Shown piece by piece: positions 32,501-47,100 of a stretch of 64,000 bases of DNA. The translations under genes were made by a program, and so were the position numbers. Where the stretch lies: NCBI GenBank assembly GCA_002633005.1, contig NMRA01000114.1, forward strand, positions 868,974-932,973. Direction: 5' to 3'. Position 1 is the stretch's first letter, and each line of letters begins with the position of its first letter. The DNA is from Phoronis australis. Lineage: Eukaryota; Animalia; Phoronida. The notes under the pieces were generated by a model that did not search any database, was not told where the DNA came from, and saw only the letters and a program-made list of their open reading frames with translations.

Positions 32501-33423
32501 TAAAACGTCAATTTATCGCGCGAAAACAATCTTACAACGCTTTAGGGTTAAACTGCTTCAGAAACGCATTCTACAGTTTGAGTAATAACATTTTAAGACA
32601 AACCGTTTCAAATTAATCGCTCGATGAATACAGCTTTTCTTTTCTCAGTTTTTCGTTCTTAAGTCGCCACAATCAAGCTCTCGATCGCCCAGAATCTAAC
32701 CTTATTACTTGAGATTGAAATCGAAATGATTTTTGTCATTTTCTATTGCACTTTTGAGCGATCACAAGATAAGTGTCCATTATAGTAAATCCCAATATAT
32801 AATGGCTCATGTGAATATCTACCTCGGGGTAGTTTTTACTTAATGGCCCGAACGGCAAAGGCTAACTGAGTCTGAACTCGAAATTTCGGGTTTTTATTCG
32901 AAATCGTGAGATTTTACTCAAGTTCTAAGCTTGAATCAAGGTGCCATCAAACTGAACTAGAATCCCATTTGGATGGCGAACCACAATGTAGATGAGACAC
33001 TCATCTTGAATTCGCAAAAAAGTAAAACGGAAAACTTGACCCCAGATATCGCTCGGTTACACGTTCACATTTCAAAAGCCGTTATTAGAGAGATTTCACA
33101 TACCGTATGTTACAAGATATATCGAGTACCGAATACGAATTAGAAAACGATATCTTGCGCACAGGTTTAGCTAACGGTGGACCAGCACGATGTTTCGTCA
33201 CCAAGTTTTGTCTGCGACAAAATACATGTACGTAATAGCCACACAAAGAGTGACGTCTCCCTCAGGCTTGCGCATACAGCCGTCTACGAAATCTCTGTTG
33301 TTTGTTTATCTAGATTACCATGAGACGTGTAATTGAAATAAATATGCACAAAAGCCGTCTCTCATTCAAAGATTGTAGAACAAGGAACAAATGGTTCACA
33401 AAGTAACAAGTTATACTGCATCC

Positions 33424-33681
33424 GGGGCCTGTTTCATGAAAAGTGACTTGGGCTTTTAAAAGTCTTAGTGAGAACCAGTTTGATGCCCGTTATTCAGCCG
33501 ATTGGAGAAAACTGGTTCTCAAAGTTGGGCATTTTATATCCGACCATTACTGTTACCGAGATAATTTCTATAAATTGTTTCTAATATGTGATGCGCAAAT
33601 ATTAACTTAGCTAAACATTTCAGAAATTGTGAATTAAGACCAAATTTATCAAGCTCAAGCCACTTTCATGAAACTTTTCCC
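33424..33681. mobile_element. Harbinger-like MITE
   Basis: Ends GGGGCCTGTTTCATGAAAAGTGACTTG / CAAGCCACTTTCATGAAAC; internal GAGAACCAGTTT / AAACTGGTTCTC motif also present at about 22720-22775. Confidence 0.55.
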
Positions 33682-35081
33682 TGAACTGTACAGCTAACTG
33701 CATTACAGATATGGATAGTTCCGACAATGAAGTTGATATTTCCAGCCAACCACGCCACGGGAATGTCTAAATACAATCGTCTGTCATCGTTGCGCTACAA
33801 ACATTGGTTGTGCATGCCAAGCGTTTTTATACACTATTGGCCCTTATACCATGAAGATCGATATAATATAAGAGAAAAATTTTGCATGCTGGTGATCAAT
33901 GCATGTGGTAGACTGCACAATCAGATAAATATAGGCCTCATAATTCATAGACTATTATCATAGTATGAATGACCAAATTGAAGGAAATCTAATTTCATGA
34001 AGTTTGCCAAACATTTTCTATATCATTTTTCGCTAATAGTACATAATGTTAGTTAACAATTAAACGTGGCAACATGAATGAAGGCCGCAGAGTTACGGAA
34101 GTAAACCACTACCACTGGACATAAAAACCCAAAACACAGTGAAATTGAGGACTAACAGTCATCATCATTTGTGCAACTAAACAACTTACCGGCGCACTTG
34201 ATCTTGTCGCCGAATGTAAGAACTTAGAATATAATGGAAAACAACTATGGATAGTGGTGGGGCCACAATGTCTGGTGGAATCTAAAATTTATGTCTGGCA
34301 ACAATTTCGGTGAACTGTGACAAGGATCAACACACATGCTAGATAATCTGATGCTGTTGTACGTTTGCAAAAAAATGCCCGCCATATTGGCTTCTGGGAA
34401 TTCAAGGCAGCTATTAGGTAGGCGTGGCATAACCGCCTCGTTGTCGGAACTATCTATTACTGTCATAGATAATGAAAAGTAAAATTATGTGGGACAGCAA
34501 TTATTTCAGAAGACCTAGAATTTTGTTTTCTTGGTTAAATAAACAAACTTCTGTCTTTATTTATTTACCAGCTCAACTGAATTTGTCATTTACATTGACT
34601 TCTACATCAACCAATGTTCAAGTGAGGTCCAAATACCCCCACCAGTATTAATTTCGGTCAGCGATTATCATTCAAACTGTGTCACAGAGTTAACTGAGCG
34701 TAAAGAGCAAGGTCATAACATGTAATAAACAAATCTGCCTGCCACAGTATAAAACTGATGTTTAAAAAATCTAAACGTCTTCAAGGGCTAATGATTCTGA
34801 AAATATGTAGAACACAAAAAAATAATCAGTGCTCTACAAAAATCGTTTAACTGTATTTGGGTTTATGCACGTTTAAATTAAATTGATTTCAGCTGCCTGT
34901 CTGATAAAGAAAGCAGTCCACGGTCAATTATGTTTACCTGATTAGACGTGGTATAATTAACTCAAAAGATATCAGTCGATCTAAGCGGATTTTCAATGTA
35001 AACAACAAATTCAGGTCATATTTCAAATAAAATCTTTTTGAAAGTAGACAGTTGCCATTGTTTAAGATTCAATCGCAATAA

Positions 35082-35173
35082 TTAAATGAGAAAAGCCGCG
35101 CAGAGAAATGTCATAGCAAGCCCCAATGAAAAGTTTCGAGCCTGTCCTCCACTGGCCATTGCCTGAGAGGTTT
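35082..35173 (-). CDS. Terminal exon encoding a GPI-attachment signal
   Basis: Acceptor TTCTTCTGTTTCAG; phase 1 matches the preceding exon; small residues A-S-G-G, short polar spacer, hydrophobic tail ending at the stop. Confidence 0.8.
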
Positions 35174-38100
35174 CTGAAACAGAAGAAAATGTGATACGGG
35201 GTTAATGAGGTAATTTCCTATAAAGTCTTTTAGATTACACTACTCGTCCTAGACAAGACATAGGAAACTGATAACAAAAGCAACAGTGACATTGTCATCA
35301 TACACTGTATATACACCACAGGATGTCGAAGGGAAACGTGCTTAAAATGTTCGCGACAAAAAGTGACCACGAGGGCTTAATAAGCTGGGGAGGTGACAAA
35401 TATAGATCACCGTGTTTATCAAAAAGAGTTGCGCTTTTGCAGTGTGGCTGATTCCTTTTGTTGATATTTTATAACACCGGTCATTTTCGTCAATTGTTGT
35501 GATTTGACGTCGTAATGGACGCAAAATACTTTAAAAACGTTTGTAAATCTCACGACATTTGAAATCTACACAAGAGAGTAGAACGCGCCGTCCACCAAAT
35601 ACTTTATTGCCATCTATTCATTTACAAGGCATACGACACGTACAGCTATGTTAGACATTTGGCTATCACAAAAATTTAGAAGAAAGTGAAACTGTGATAA
35701 GTAATGATGTCGGCTGATGTCCTTTGATATAGTCATGGCCATTGCAAACTAACAAACCTGTACAGTTGTTGACAACCTTCGACCACAATTCCTGCTCGAC
35801 ACATGTAGCGGTAACAGTGGTGTTGTGATCGGGCAGCTCGTAACCAGCATTGCAAGTGAAGCGTACGGTTGTGTTCACGTTGACTGTGGTGTTCTCTGTG
35901 TTTCTGGTGCTGAACTCCGGTGTTGGAACTGTGCATGTCATAACTGAAAATGATTGTAATACAAATGATACCATGGAGATTTGAAAGACATTTTTAAATA
36001 CACATACATGTATATTCCGATCGACTGCCTTGATATAGCAATGGAGGCATTGACGAGGGATTTATGGTTATATAGGACCTGACCGACATGTCTGTTTATT
36101 TAGCCATATATCGACTACTACACATAAATGATTGAAAGAATATAGTTTTTTAGAACGCCGAGAGCCTGCAAAATGTAAGTTTTGACTTTTCACCAACCTG
36201 TCGTTACTTGAGTCGCGTGACCAGGTGTTTTTGATAAAGTTTAGCGAAAGAAAAAGATGCATTGATAACAAAGATATCAATATCACGACCAAATTTCATT
36301 TGATATTAATGCTAAAAAATAAAATCTCAAAAAATCTGATACAGTTTTCTAAATGATCATTTAGTCTTCATTTTATGGAACTCTTGATTTTTTCACGGAA
36401 ATCTCATATGTCTTATACTTGAATGCCCCTCATGCAAAACATTTTGAAAAACAATTGATAATAACAAATTAGAGAATAGTACATAAACGGAGTATCTGGA
36501 AGTTTCATAGGAAATTCCAATCAGTAATTTGCGAGACTTAATGTTTGAACATCGGCAAATTTGGATATTAACGGAGCCGCACATAACCTTAAGTTCGTTT
36601 AAGAAACAACGATACTGAATCTCAGTCATTGCGTTGGTGGCACAGCTTGACAACTACAGGACAGGCAGGCAGACAAACAGACAGACAGGAAACTTAAGTA
36701 TTTTTAGATGCTAATACTGAATACGAGCATACGTAGGACCTGTCATTATATCCGAAAAATAGGTCTAAAACAAATGTTCACACAGCGGATGAATGAACTA
36801 CCCAACAAAAGACTTCCTTTACGCCGTGATTGCGAAGAACTGACTGACCTTCACAGGCAGGCAGTTGATCACTCCACTTTTCGTGGCCGTCGCAAGATAT
36901 GGTTCGTTCCCTAGATTTGTCTGGAAACTGGAGTGTCCGGCGACATAAGAAAGTTACTGAATTCCCGTAAGGCACCGTAGGCGATGATACATTAACAGCG
37001 GCATTTTGGACTGTAGGGACCGTGCACTTAGTGACTGAAAGGAGAACAAGCTAAATTTGTCACAGAGTGACTAAATTGTCCCCCGTCACGATTATAAGTA
37101 CCGCTAGGTTGTACCCTGATGTGGTGATGAAATTTAAAGTAAATATGTATCAAATTTTTGAAAAGTTTTATGACCAAACCATTCTCTTTACACCTCGGTA
37201 GATAATGTGAGGAAACTGAACAGCTTCCTTCTTGAAGTATCGCCCCAACGTTTTCCAAGTAAAATTTTGATTTGTCTTGCTGTGATCTTCAAAAGCATAA
37301 CAAGGACACCAAATTCGACTGGAATCTAGAGATGTTCCTCCTACATTTTGGAGCAAAATAAGAACAAAATCTGCTGCTTCTTTCTGGACACACTGTACCA
37401 AAAAATCTATATAACAACTATATTCTTTCACAGTGACCTTGAAACTAATGTCAAGATCCACCAAAATCAACTGACATCCGTAAATGTTTCACCTACACCT
37501 TGGTACATAATACAAATAAAATCTTCAGCTTCATTCTTGAGATATTGTGCAAGCAGCAATCTTTGTTAAAATTAGATTTTCTTGCTGTGACCTTGAAAAT
37601 GAGACCAACACAACACTAAAATCAGCTACGATTTTTTAGACTGGAATGGTAACGCCTACACCTTTGAACGTTTCCAGACAATTCAGATTAATGTAAGCTT
37701 TCTCAAATATTATTCAATTGTTAGTGCAATAAAAACTATTTGAACCCGTTTCCAAAAACTTAATTCTAAAAAGGTATATGGACCGCTTGTACCTTTTTCT
37801 CTGAAAATACTATTTTGACGAAAAAGGGATGTCGGTATTGTTACCATATTTTGTGTAAAAATGACATAATATCATCGGCACAAAAGAAATTCAAAGTATT
37901 GGGATTTTCGCTATCAGAGAAGATGTGGAATTTCTATTACAAACTTTCACATGAATGTACGAATGACACAAGTTTACTTTTCTTTCAGTTCCGCTTACTG
38001 TATAGAATTCCACTTACTAATTATTTTTTAAATGAGATTAGATATGTGGACTCAATTGCTTGTACTTTTTGTAAACACTTTCCCCGAAACTCTAGAACAT

Positions 38101-41100
38101 TTACTCTTTGAATGTGAATATGTTAACTCTTTCTGGCATGCGGTACGTCTCTGGTTAATGACTGCGATGCTAGTAAATTTTGAAATAGACAAAACCACTA
38201 TATTATTTGATCTTCATAATGAACAGAATAGAATTTTGACTTGGTTCCTTTTACAAACTAAAATTATATTTTTAAAATGACATTTGCTAACGTCAAACCT
38301 AATTTAAGATGTCTTAAAAAATTTGAGGGTGTGTTTTAATGTAGAAGTTAGTGCTTCGTTAAACACACGGAAATTTAATGATGCATCAGAATGGGAAGAT
38401 TGGAAATATGTTTTTGAAACATGAAGAGAGCCAGAGAGTTCACCAGGTTCCAGAACAGAAATTTAAGCAGGACTTTTTAACTTGGAAGTAACAATGAAAT
38501 ACTTTTTCGTTATTTTTTGCACAGTTCTGTACATTGTTGTGTTGTGTTGTGTAGTGTATATTTGTATATGTACCTGTCTTTTGTAACAAATGTATTAAGA
38601 ATTAATTAAGAAAATATCTAATGGCGCTTGGAGGTATCTCACCTACACATCAGAACAAAGTACAACCAAATTCAGAGGTTTCTGTTTGGTGATATATTGC
38701 ATGTCTCGTTCGAGATCTAGCGTTATATGGTTTTACAAACAAATTCTCTCTGTCAAAGGGGTGTTTACGGCATTGGAGGTTTTTCGAATGAATCGTTTCA
38801 TTATCTTTCCGCTCAGCAGAGGCAATACAGCGGCACATAGCTTGAGAAGTAAAAAAAAAACTCGGAAAAATCCCACTAGATAAACCGCCACATATAAGTA
38901 CAGAACGCTATCCACCAACTGCTCTATCGCCATACTGTGACAAAGAATATTTCATCATGTCGTCGCTTAATCCGAGAAAGTTAAAAGTAACCGTAATTTT
39001 GGTAAGTGTTTACGCCAAATACCAGCACTGATTTTGCTCTTAGTCGGCCTTGAATGCACAAGAGAACTAACCTGTGCAGTCGTTGACAGATTTCGACCAT
39101 ATTTCCTGCACAACACACGTAGTGTTAACAGTGGTGTCGTGATTGGGAAGCTCGTAACCAGTATCACATGTGAAACGTACAGTTGTGTTCACGTTGACAG
39201 TGGTGTTCTCTGTGTTTCTGGTGCTGAACTTCGGTGTTGGAACTGTGCATGTCATCACTGAAAAATGAGTGCGAGTTAAGCGATACAATCAGAAACGCCA
39301 CCTCAGATAGGTTGCGATCGACTGCAGGATAAACGTATTCACTTAAATATGGTAGCCATCATGCTCTTGAGAAATAGTAATGTTGAATCTAAATAATGGT
39401 GTTTGGGGCGAAGTTTGACGCCAACCGGACCGGCACACAGGCAACAAAAGGTGGTATATTGAATGCACCTACACTGTACCAATTAGGCGCATACGTAAGC
39501 CTATGAAACGATACGCCTGTTGACAAATGATAAGGCATTTTGCATTAGCGCGCGTGCACTTGATCTCAGCTGTATATACAGCTGTCAATCCTTGAATATA
39601 TCATGGCTTAAAATTGATGACTTTCGTGTGGTTTGGACCATCATGTTAACTGTTCAATTCATCGAAACCGAAAATATGACTACGTCTGCGACTATAAAAG
39701 TAATAAACCGATTTTCATTTCACAATAAATTGAAAAGTTACTCCTCGATTTCTCAAACGAAGATTTCAATTTTTTAAATACGACAAAAAGGCTCGAAATC
39801 TTTGCTGACGACTTTGCGAAGGTTCTCAATCACACTGTCTAAATTCTATTCTTATCGACCAGTGACGATCAGATCAACCTCTTTTTCTTATGGCCAGTCG
39901 GCTACAGGATACCACATTGATAAAATTGTTAAAATTCAAACGGCTAGTCCCTGGTTCATTACTTGTAGAATTGTTTCACTTATTATATCCACCGGTATTT
40001 CAAAAATGGGAAGTATTCATGGAGCATTTCATGGCAGCTACATGCCTTCATTAAAAAATTACTCCAACTTTTGCGAGATGTGAGGGGATGCAGAATATAA
40101 TTTTGTTTTCAAGAACTGAACAGCAAAGTCGAGCTTTGAATCTCTTAGCAATCAAATTTGAAATACAGCTCCATCCAAGCAACCAACAAAAAAGGGCGTG
40201 GCTTTACGTTCTGATTGACACAGCAACCTCACACATACGAAAAAATTAACTTAAAGAACTAACCCTCACAACCACGTAGTTGTTCACTCCACTTTTCATG
40301 GCCGTCACAAGATATCGTTCGTTGCCTAGATTTGTCCGGAAACTGGAACTTCTGTTTACATGCAAAAGTCACTACAGTCCCGTGAGGCACCGGAGACGAT
40401 GATACATTAATATCAGCATTGTGTACTGTAGGGACGGTGCACTTGGTGACTGAAACGAGAATAAGTAATGACAAATAGAGGCCAATCTCTAAAATGGTGT
40501 ACACGGTTCAATTTGATCTCTACGAACATCGCTTTTGCAGACTTTGAAATTATTCTGTTTGTTACAACATTTTTATTTTATTTGCAATATGGCAACGAAA
40601 CGATTGGAGGGAAAGCGTAAGCAAGGAGTAAATTGACCCACAGACCTTGAAATATACAGGCTAACTTGGACAGCCTATTGGTCAAATAAGATTTACTTTA
40701 CATTACATGGTAGATAGGGGAGGTGGACTTCTCTTTTGCACTATAAGGTAGATGGGGCCCAGTGGCGGATCTACGAGGGGGGGTTCAGGGGGTTTAAGCC
40801 CCCGTCGGGCCAGGACCCAAAATTAAAAAAAAAACGTCTCCAGCAAAACAAAAACGGCACCGCCAGCGTGTGTAAACCCCAAGTAAATCAACTTGGAAAA
40901 AATGAGGGGAGTTCAGTCTGAAAATATGTTTTTTTTGCATTGTGAATTGCTGTTATGAAAATCGACGCATTTCGAGTCTTCATGGCTCATCGGCAAAACC
41001 CCGGAGATGAAATGTGCGCGCGCTTCCGTCGACACTTCTGAAGTAGACTAGCCAAGCATTTTAGATGGATCCACCGCTGAAAGAGCAGCTCTATAATTGA

Positions 41101-44100
41101 TTTCTTTAGTTAACTAGTTTCTTTACTCTAAGATATGTTTTGATTTGATTAGGGAAAATACTGTGGTGCCGCAACCCTGATATTCAGGCGAATTGTCGTT
41201 CAACGTTTTTACCTCATCTGCCATGCCGTGTCATCCTATTACACCCCACACGTTTGTAACTGGTGTATAGTAAAGTTGTCTTGTGCAGTATCATGCGGTG
41301 TACATGTACATGTAATACTTTTGAAAAAAAACTCGTTTTCCGAAAAATTGCTATTGTGGCGGGCGCCGTGGTCTGGTCGCGACTCTGTTTGAAGATGCAC
41401 TCTAACAAGTTATGTCTATACAAGGCCAAAGGGGCACTCACATTGACAAAGTGACCGCATTCGCGAACAGTGTACAGTACCAGAAATTTGCTGGGAGGCT
41501 GTATTTTCACAACAAAGTCTTGCGGGACTCGTGCGATGTTCAATAGGCCTCCTGCCATTTTCTATACTGGGAATTTCCGCAGAAAGGCTCACCCGACGAA
41601 ACGCCCATGCCCATGGGCATTTATTTGATGTTAGTACTTCGGGTTTCTAGCGTTCAGACATTGGGACGTTTATTTCGAAAATTGCAAGAGATGCAAATGG
41701 GTCCTGGGATACATCGTCAAGGTTTGAAGTAGTCCGTGAGGAACGGATCAAATTTAGTTGCGCATGCTGTAAGTCTTTTGAATGGACTTGGTAACCTCAG
41801 GGGGCTTAGTGCCAACTGGGCTGCGAAACGAGATGCTGACATTGAAGAGGCGTATAAGCTCATTGACAGAGCAGTTGACGAAGTGCAAGTGTTGGGAACA
41901 AACATCAAATATGTCTGGGTAGAATGGTTCCAAGACGAGCAAACCATTGGATCCGATATACAGATTCCTCGGCAGCCTAGACAACAGAAAGATAGGACCA
42001 ACATTCCTGGAGAAACACCCAGGAAATAAGTTATATAATTATACACAGTTTGTAATAATGTCGGTTTTTTATGCTTGTGTACAATGAAAACGAAATAAAA
42101 ATTATTTTTGGACATGCCAAATTTACCCAGTACAGCAGAGGGTCTACGAGCGCACAGAAACTGATTCTGGTTTGTATTTCCACTTGAGTTTATCTGCTTC
42201 ATATCCAAAATCTATTTCACATAGTGCGTATTTAAATCTGTACTCAATACTTGTTTCTTCCAGGGAGTACCGGGTACTACAGAACGGTGCGAAAACCCTT
42301 CCTAGACAACCTCTCGCAGATGTGTAAACTAAACGTATGAGCAACCACTGGGGATTAAAAAGTGTCTGAATAGAAGTTTTCAATTCAAAGTTTTTTGCAA
42401 AGTACTCTTTAGGTGCACACGATGTTTTGGATGATTTGTTTCACTATACATTTGACGTTTTTCAATTGTTGTCAACGTGATTCAGCTTAATAAAGTGATA
42501 CTTAATTGTTTATTGTCACTTTTAATAGAGCACCGTCGTTCGCCAGTTTTTCTCGTAACGAGACAGAACACATGTTTATTTCCTGACTAACAGTACAGGT
42601 TTTCGTTCTTAAACAGCTTGAGGTTGATGCGATCATCTGATATTCAAGATTTTACGCCCCGTCGGTGCTCCTTATGCTCTTGAATATTTGGTAGTTGTCT
42701 AAACCCCTGTATACACACCACACTTTTTAGTATGCTAAAAAGGTGTGTGTAAGCCGATGTTCCAACAAAAATTTTTATTGGTGGCGTGACTCATACCCAA
42801 ATGTGCACAAATATGGTTTCACGAAACTTGTGAGCCAAGTTCATGTGACGAAATCGAGAAGGGTTTTTAATTATCTTAGGAAAAACTCCAGGGACATGTT
42901 AAGTGTCAGAAACGTACCAGGATGCATGGAAATTTCACTGTTTGGCTACAAAAACAAAAAGTTGTCTTACACGGGAGGGGGTTTACCCGACCTCGCCCCC
43001 GCTCGGCGCCACGCGCCTCGGATTCGACCTTTGCGGGAATCCTAAACCCCCCTCTTACTGAAAACGTGGGGAGTGGCAGTTCTCCTTTGCCACAGTGCGA
43101 CTTCAGTTTGTCAAAATGACGAAATGCAAATCAAACATCGTAATCTTCAGTTGGTAGTCATACATTTTCGTGCACATTACTATGCTCGGCCCCAGGCCTC
43201 CCTATGTCCCTATCAGTAAAATTAGATTGGATCCGCTGCTCTGTATTTTCCCTGGGTAAAAATATGAAAGGGATAATTGCACCTCACACTGAATGAGTCA
43301 AGTGACCCGAGCTCAGCAATTGCAGTGAGCCAAGAGAAATCTCTGTGCACTGATGACGTAGGAATCAATGATGAAATTATTAAGGCAGCCATGAGAAAAT
43401 TGCACCCCGTTTTGAATTTGGTATAGAACTGCAAAATAATTAGAATACGTAGTAATTAAAGATACGGCACCTTTGCCCTGTGGGAAACACAAAATCGGGT
43501 GACTCAATTTCCAATTGTGGAGTCGAGGGTGCTCAGGAACTTACAAGGACGTCAGAATCACGATAAGTGAAAAAATTGAACATTTTATTGACAACCTTTG
43601 GATTATCGAACCCTTCACAAATGACGATTTGAAAGCATATGGTTTGCTACAATTTTATAAAGGAAAAGCGCATTTAAATTTCAGTCCCTTACAAGTACAC
43701 AGAACTCCTCCAACACTTCATAGTACTCTTAAGACAAGGCATGTTTCTTTACTACACAGCACAGCGGCGGATTTAAGATTAGGGTAAAGGGGCCATGGCC
43801 CCCGCTAAAACTCTTACGGCCGATTTCATAAAGGTGGTTTAACAAAACCAGGTTTAAGACTTAAACCTGGTCTTCCTAAACCTGGTCTAATTTAGACCCG
43901 ACTTGCATTTTCACCAAAATGGTTTAAGAGTCTGAAAGCCTGGTTTTGCTAGACCAGGGAGCTGGTTCAATAAAACCAGGTTTAAAGTATCAAAGGCACC
44001 CCACTGTGTCGAGCTGGGTAAACCCAACAAAGAAACTATTGAAGTGCTTCAATGAAACCTTGATCACGTGGGTATACAATGGCATGCACTAGGAGAATCA

Positions 44101-47100
44101 GTGCAGACATTTACTAAAAACATCTAAAAGTTTTTCTCATGAGGAAAACTGTAAAGAACATGCTCCCAATTAGATGTAACTTGCTAAATGCCCAAATTAT
44201 TTCCTTGGCATTTTAGTGTTTACTTTCCGCGGCCAAAGGGGGGGGCAAGACCCCTTCCTGGTAGCATTATATCGGAGAACAGTGGAGGTGGAACTCAGAA
44301 GAATCAGAAGATGCAGTCTTTAGTCAAATCCGTAGCGCTTACGACGATGACGCCCTGCTCGACCAGTTGTATTCTAAGAAATCCGCAGGACACACTCCAG
44401 CAAGTACTGGTCTACGCATAGGCGGATCCACGGGGGATCAAGGGGTCCGGAGTCCCATTTTTTCCCTTGATTTTAGTGATATCAAATCTATAATTTTCAA
44501 ATTATTGACTTGGCCCCCCTTTCAAAAAATCCTTGACCGTCCCCCCTTTAAAAATCCTGGATCACCCCTGCTACGTTTGATCTTGTGTCATAGTAAAACT
44601 GAATATTGAAAATAGTCCATTTTCGCTCTAAAACTGCGTCGCAAATGCACTCCGCGGCATCATTCAGTTGTACCTATACCATGCAAGTATGACAAATTTA
44701 ACAGTTAAACCTGGGTCTGACCAAGTCTAAAGTTAAACATGGTTTAAGATCTTAAAACAGGTCTAAAGAATATAGACCTCGTTGGTGAAATGAAAACTGA
44801 CTTAGACCAGGTCTAAACTGGAGTTAAACCAGGTTTTACTAGACCACTGGTCTGAAAGTTAAACAACCTTTATGAAATACAGATTATCTTTAAACCTGGT
44901 CTAAGTCCAGCTTAAACCAGGTTTCACTTTAAACCACCTTTATGAAATCGGCCGTTAGATTCTAGTTGGCAGTGCGGGGGGTGTAACTGTCTGACGGACA
45001 AAATCTTGTCTAATCCTTGGCCCCCCTGACTCAAAATCCTGGATCCGCCCCTGCCGCTGAGTGTGAAACCAATCAAAAGGGATTTACAGCAGGTATAACC
45101 CTGGTAAATGATGTAACCGTGCCAGCTTCCTATATTGACTTTGTTTTACGTCAGTCTTGGTTAGAAAATTCAACTAACTTGTGCAGTTGCTGACAGCTGG
45201 CGACCATGTTTCCTGACTGGTACATTTAGCGGTAACCGTGGTGACGTTGTTGGGCAGCTGGTAACCAGTAAAGCATGTGAAAGTTACTGTTGAATCTACG
45301 TCGACTGTGGTATTATCACTGTTGCTAATGCAGTACTCCGGTGTGGGAACTGTGCATGTCATGACTGAAAAATGAGTGCGAGTGAAGTCATACCATGCGG
45401 ATTTAAAATGCCATTATGAAAACGACACATAGGTTACGGTCGAATGTGTTGACGTACCCGTAACTGGTAGAAGTCATAATTAGGCGATTAGTGAAGAGCA
45501 CCAAACAGTGCCATTGAATCTTACTAAAGGTGTTTGGTGGTTTACAGACTACCGGACAAGCACAAGGTTAGGAAGAGGTGACTTTAAACGCACCTGCTGA
45601 TTAGGCACTTACGTAAGCATATGTAACGTTATGTGAAATAATGTAATTCTTGAAAAATGAAGATAAAAGTTTGTGAATAAACTCACCTCTATATACAGTT
45701 ACGAATCCCTTGAATAAATTTATGTTTTAAAATCGGTGACTTTTGTGTGTTGTTAGGCAATTACTTTTTCCAATTCATAAGTTTGCTTAAAAATTTAAAA
45801 CAAGTCGACGATGTAGCTAATAATCAAGCTTGACTTAATTATTTCAAGCGATGCTCCTCAAATTTAAAAATGTTTTGCACAGATAGATGCTTGCAAATAA
45901 TTTGGAATGTATAAGCAGCATGTCCTGTAGGAACATAAGTGTAAATAAATGCATACGAGATATTTATATGGTGGCTTAAAAAATTGCCCAATTTTATTGC
46001 ATGTCGGTACATTTTGTATCAAAGGTGTTTGGGGGTTAACTGACTAAGTGACAAGTACACGGGTAGGAAAATGTGACTTTAAATGCACCTACTGATTAGG
46101 CACATACGTAAGCGCATGTAATTATATGTGGAATAATGTGTTTCTTGAAAAATGCTCACATATTTTGAATATAAGCGCGTGCAATTAAGCTCACCTGTAT
46201 AAACAGTTGCCAATCCCTTGAACACATTTATGTCTTAAAATGGGTGATTTTTTTGTGTGTTCTTAGGTTATTTGGTGTTCTAATTCATCAATTAGTTTCA
46301 AATTTTAAAACAAGTAGATGTCTACCACCATGTAGCTAATAAATCAAATTTGACTTTCTTCATATTTTGAAGCGATGCTCCTCGACTTTACAAATATTTA
46401 TTTCACATATAGGTAGAAGAGAATAATTTGGAATATATGAGCAGCATGTCCTATAGGCACATAGGTGAAAATAAATACAACTATATACGCGGTATTTGTA
46501 TTGTGGCTCAAAATGTTACCCAATTTTATTGCATGTCGGTACATTTTTTACCATAAAAGATTTCCATTCTTTTTAAAAATATGTGGATATGCATGAAATA
46601 TTTGCTGACGATTCTGCGTTGTTTGACAGTGCATGAGGCAAAATACACTCATCTGAACAATTCCAATAAAAGTGAGTTCGTCAGCATCACATATCTGTTG
46701 TAGGGATCTTTGAATGACGGAGTTTTTTCTTTGGCTTACAAACATCGCACACTAATGGTAAAAATTCTCACGCACTGTATTAACATTTTGCTGATATCGA
46801 GCAGTGGCGACCAGATCAACCTTTTAGGTTTCATCCAGTCACCTATATAACACCGCGTAAATTAATTCGTTAAATATCCAAAGGGCCAATTTTTGATTTA
46901 GTTATAGACTAGTTCACTTACTGTTAACACTTTGATTATACCCACTGGCCTCTCAAACGGTCGGCAGTACGCACGCAGCATTTCAAGGTAGCTACCTGCC
47001 TTCATAACAAACGGTCAGATTTCTAGGAATACATTTTAAAGGCTATTTTGATCTTTATAAAATGTCACATTTTTGTGAAGAAATATGGTGTGCCCCAGGG

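Larger units (their letters stand above)
43762..45053. mobile_element. hAT-like MITE split by nested insertions
   Basis: Ends CAGCGGCGGATTT / GGATCCGCCCCTG; uninterrupted paralogue at 52142-52276. Confidence 0.75.

Noticed and set aside
43300-43435. Third exon type inside the B-to-A introns
   Set aside because: Conserved among paralogous introns, but stops and indels differ between copies and there is no shared donor.
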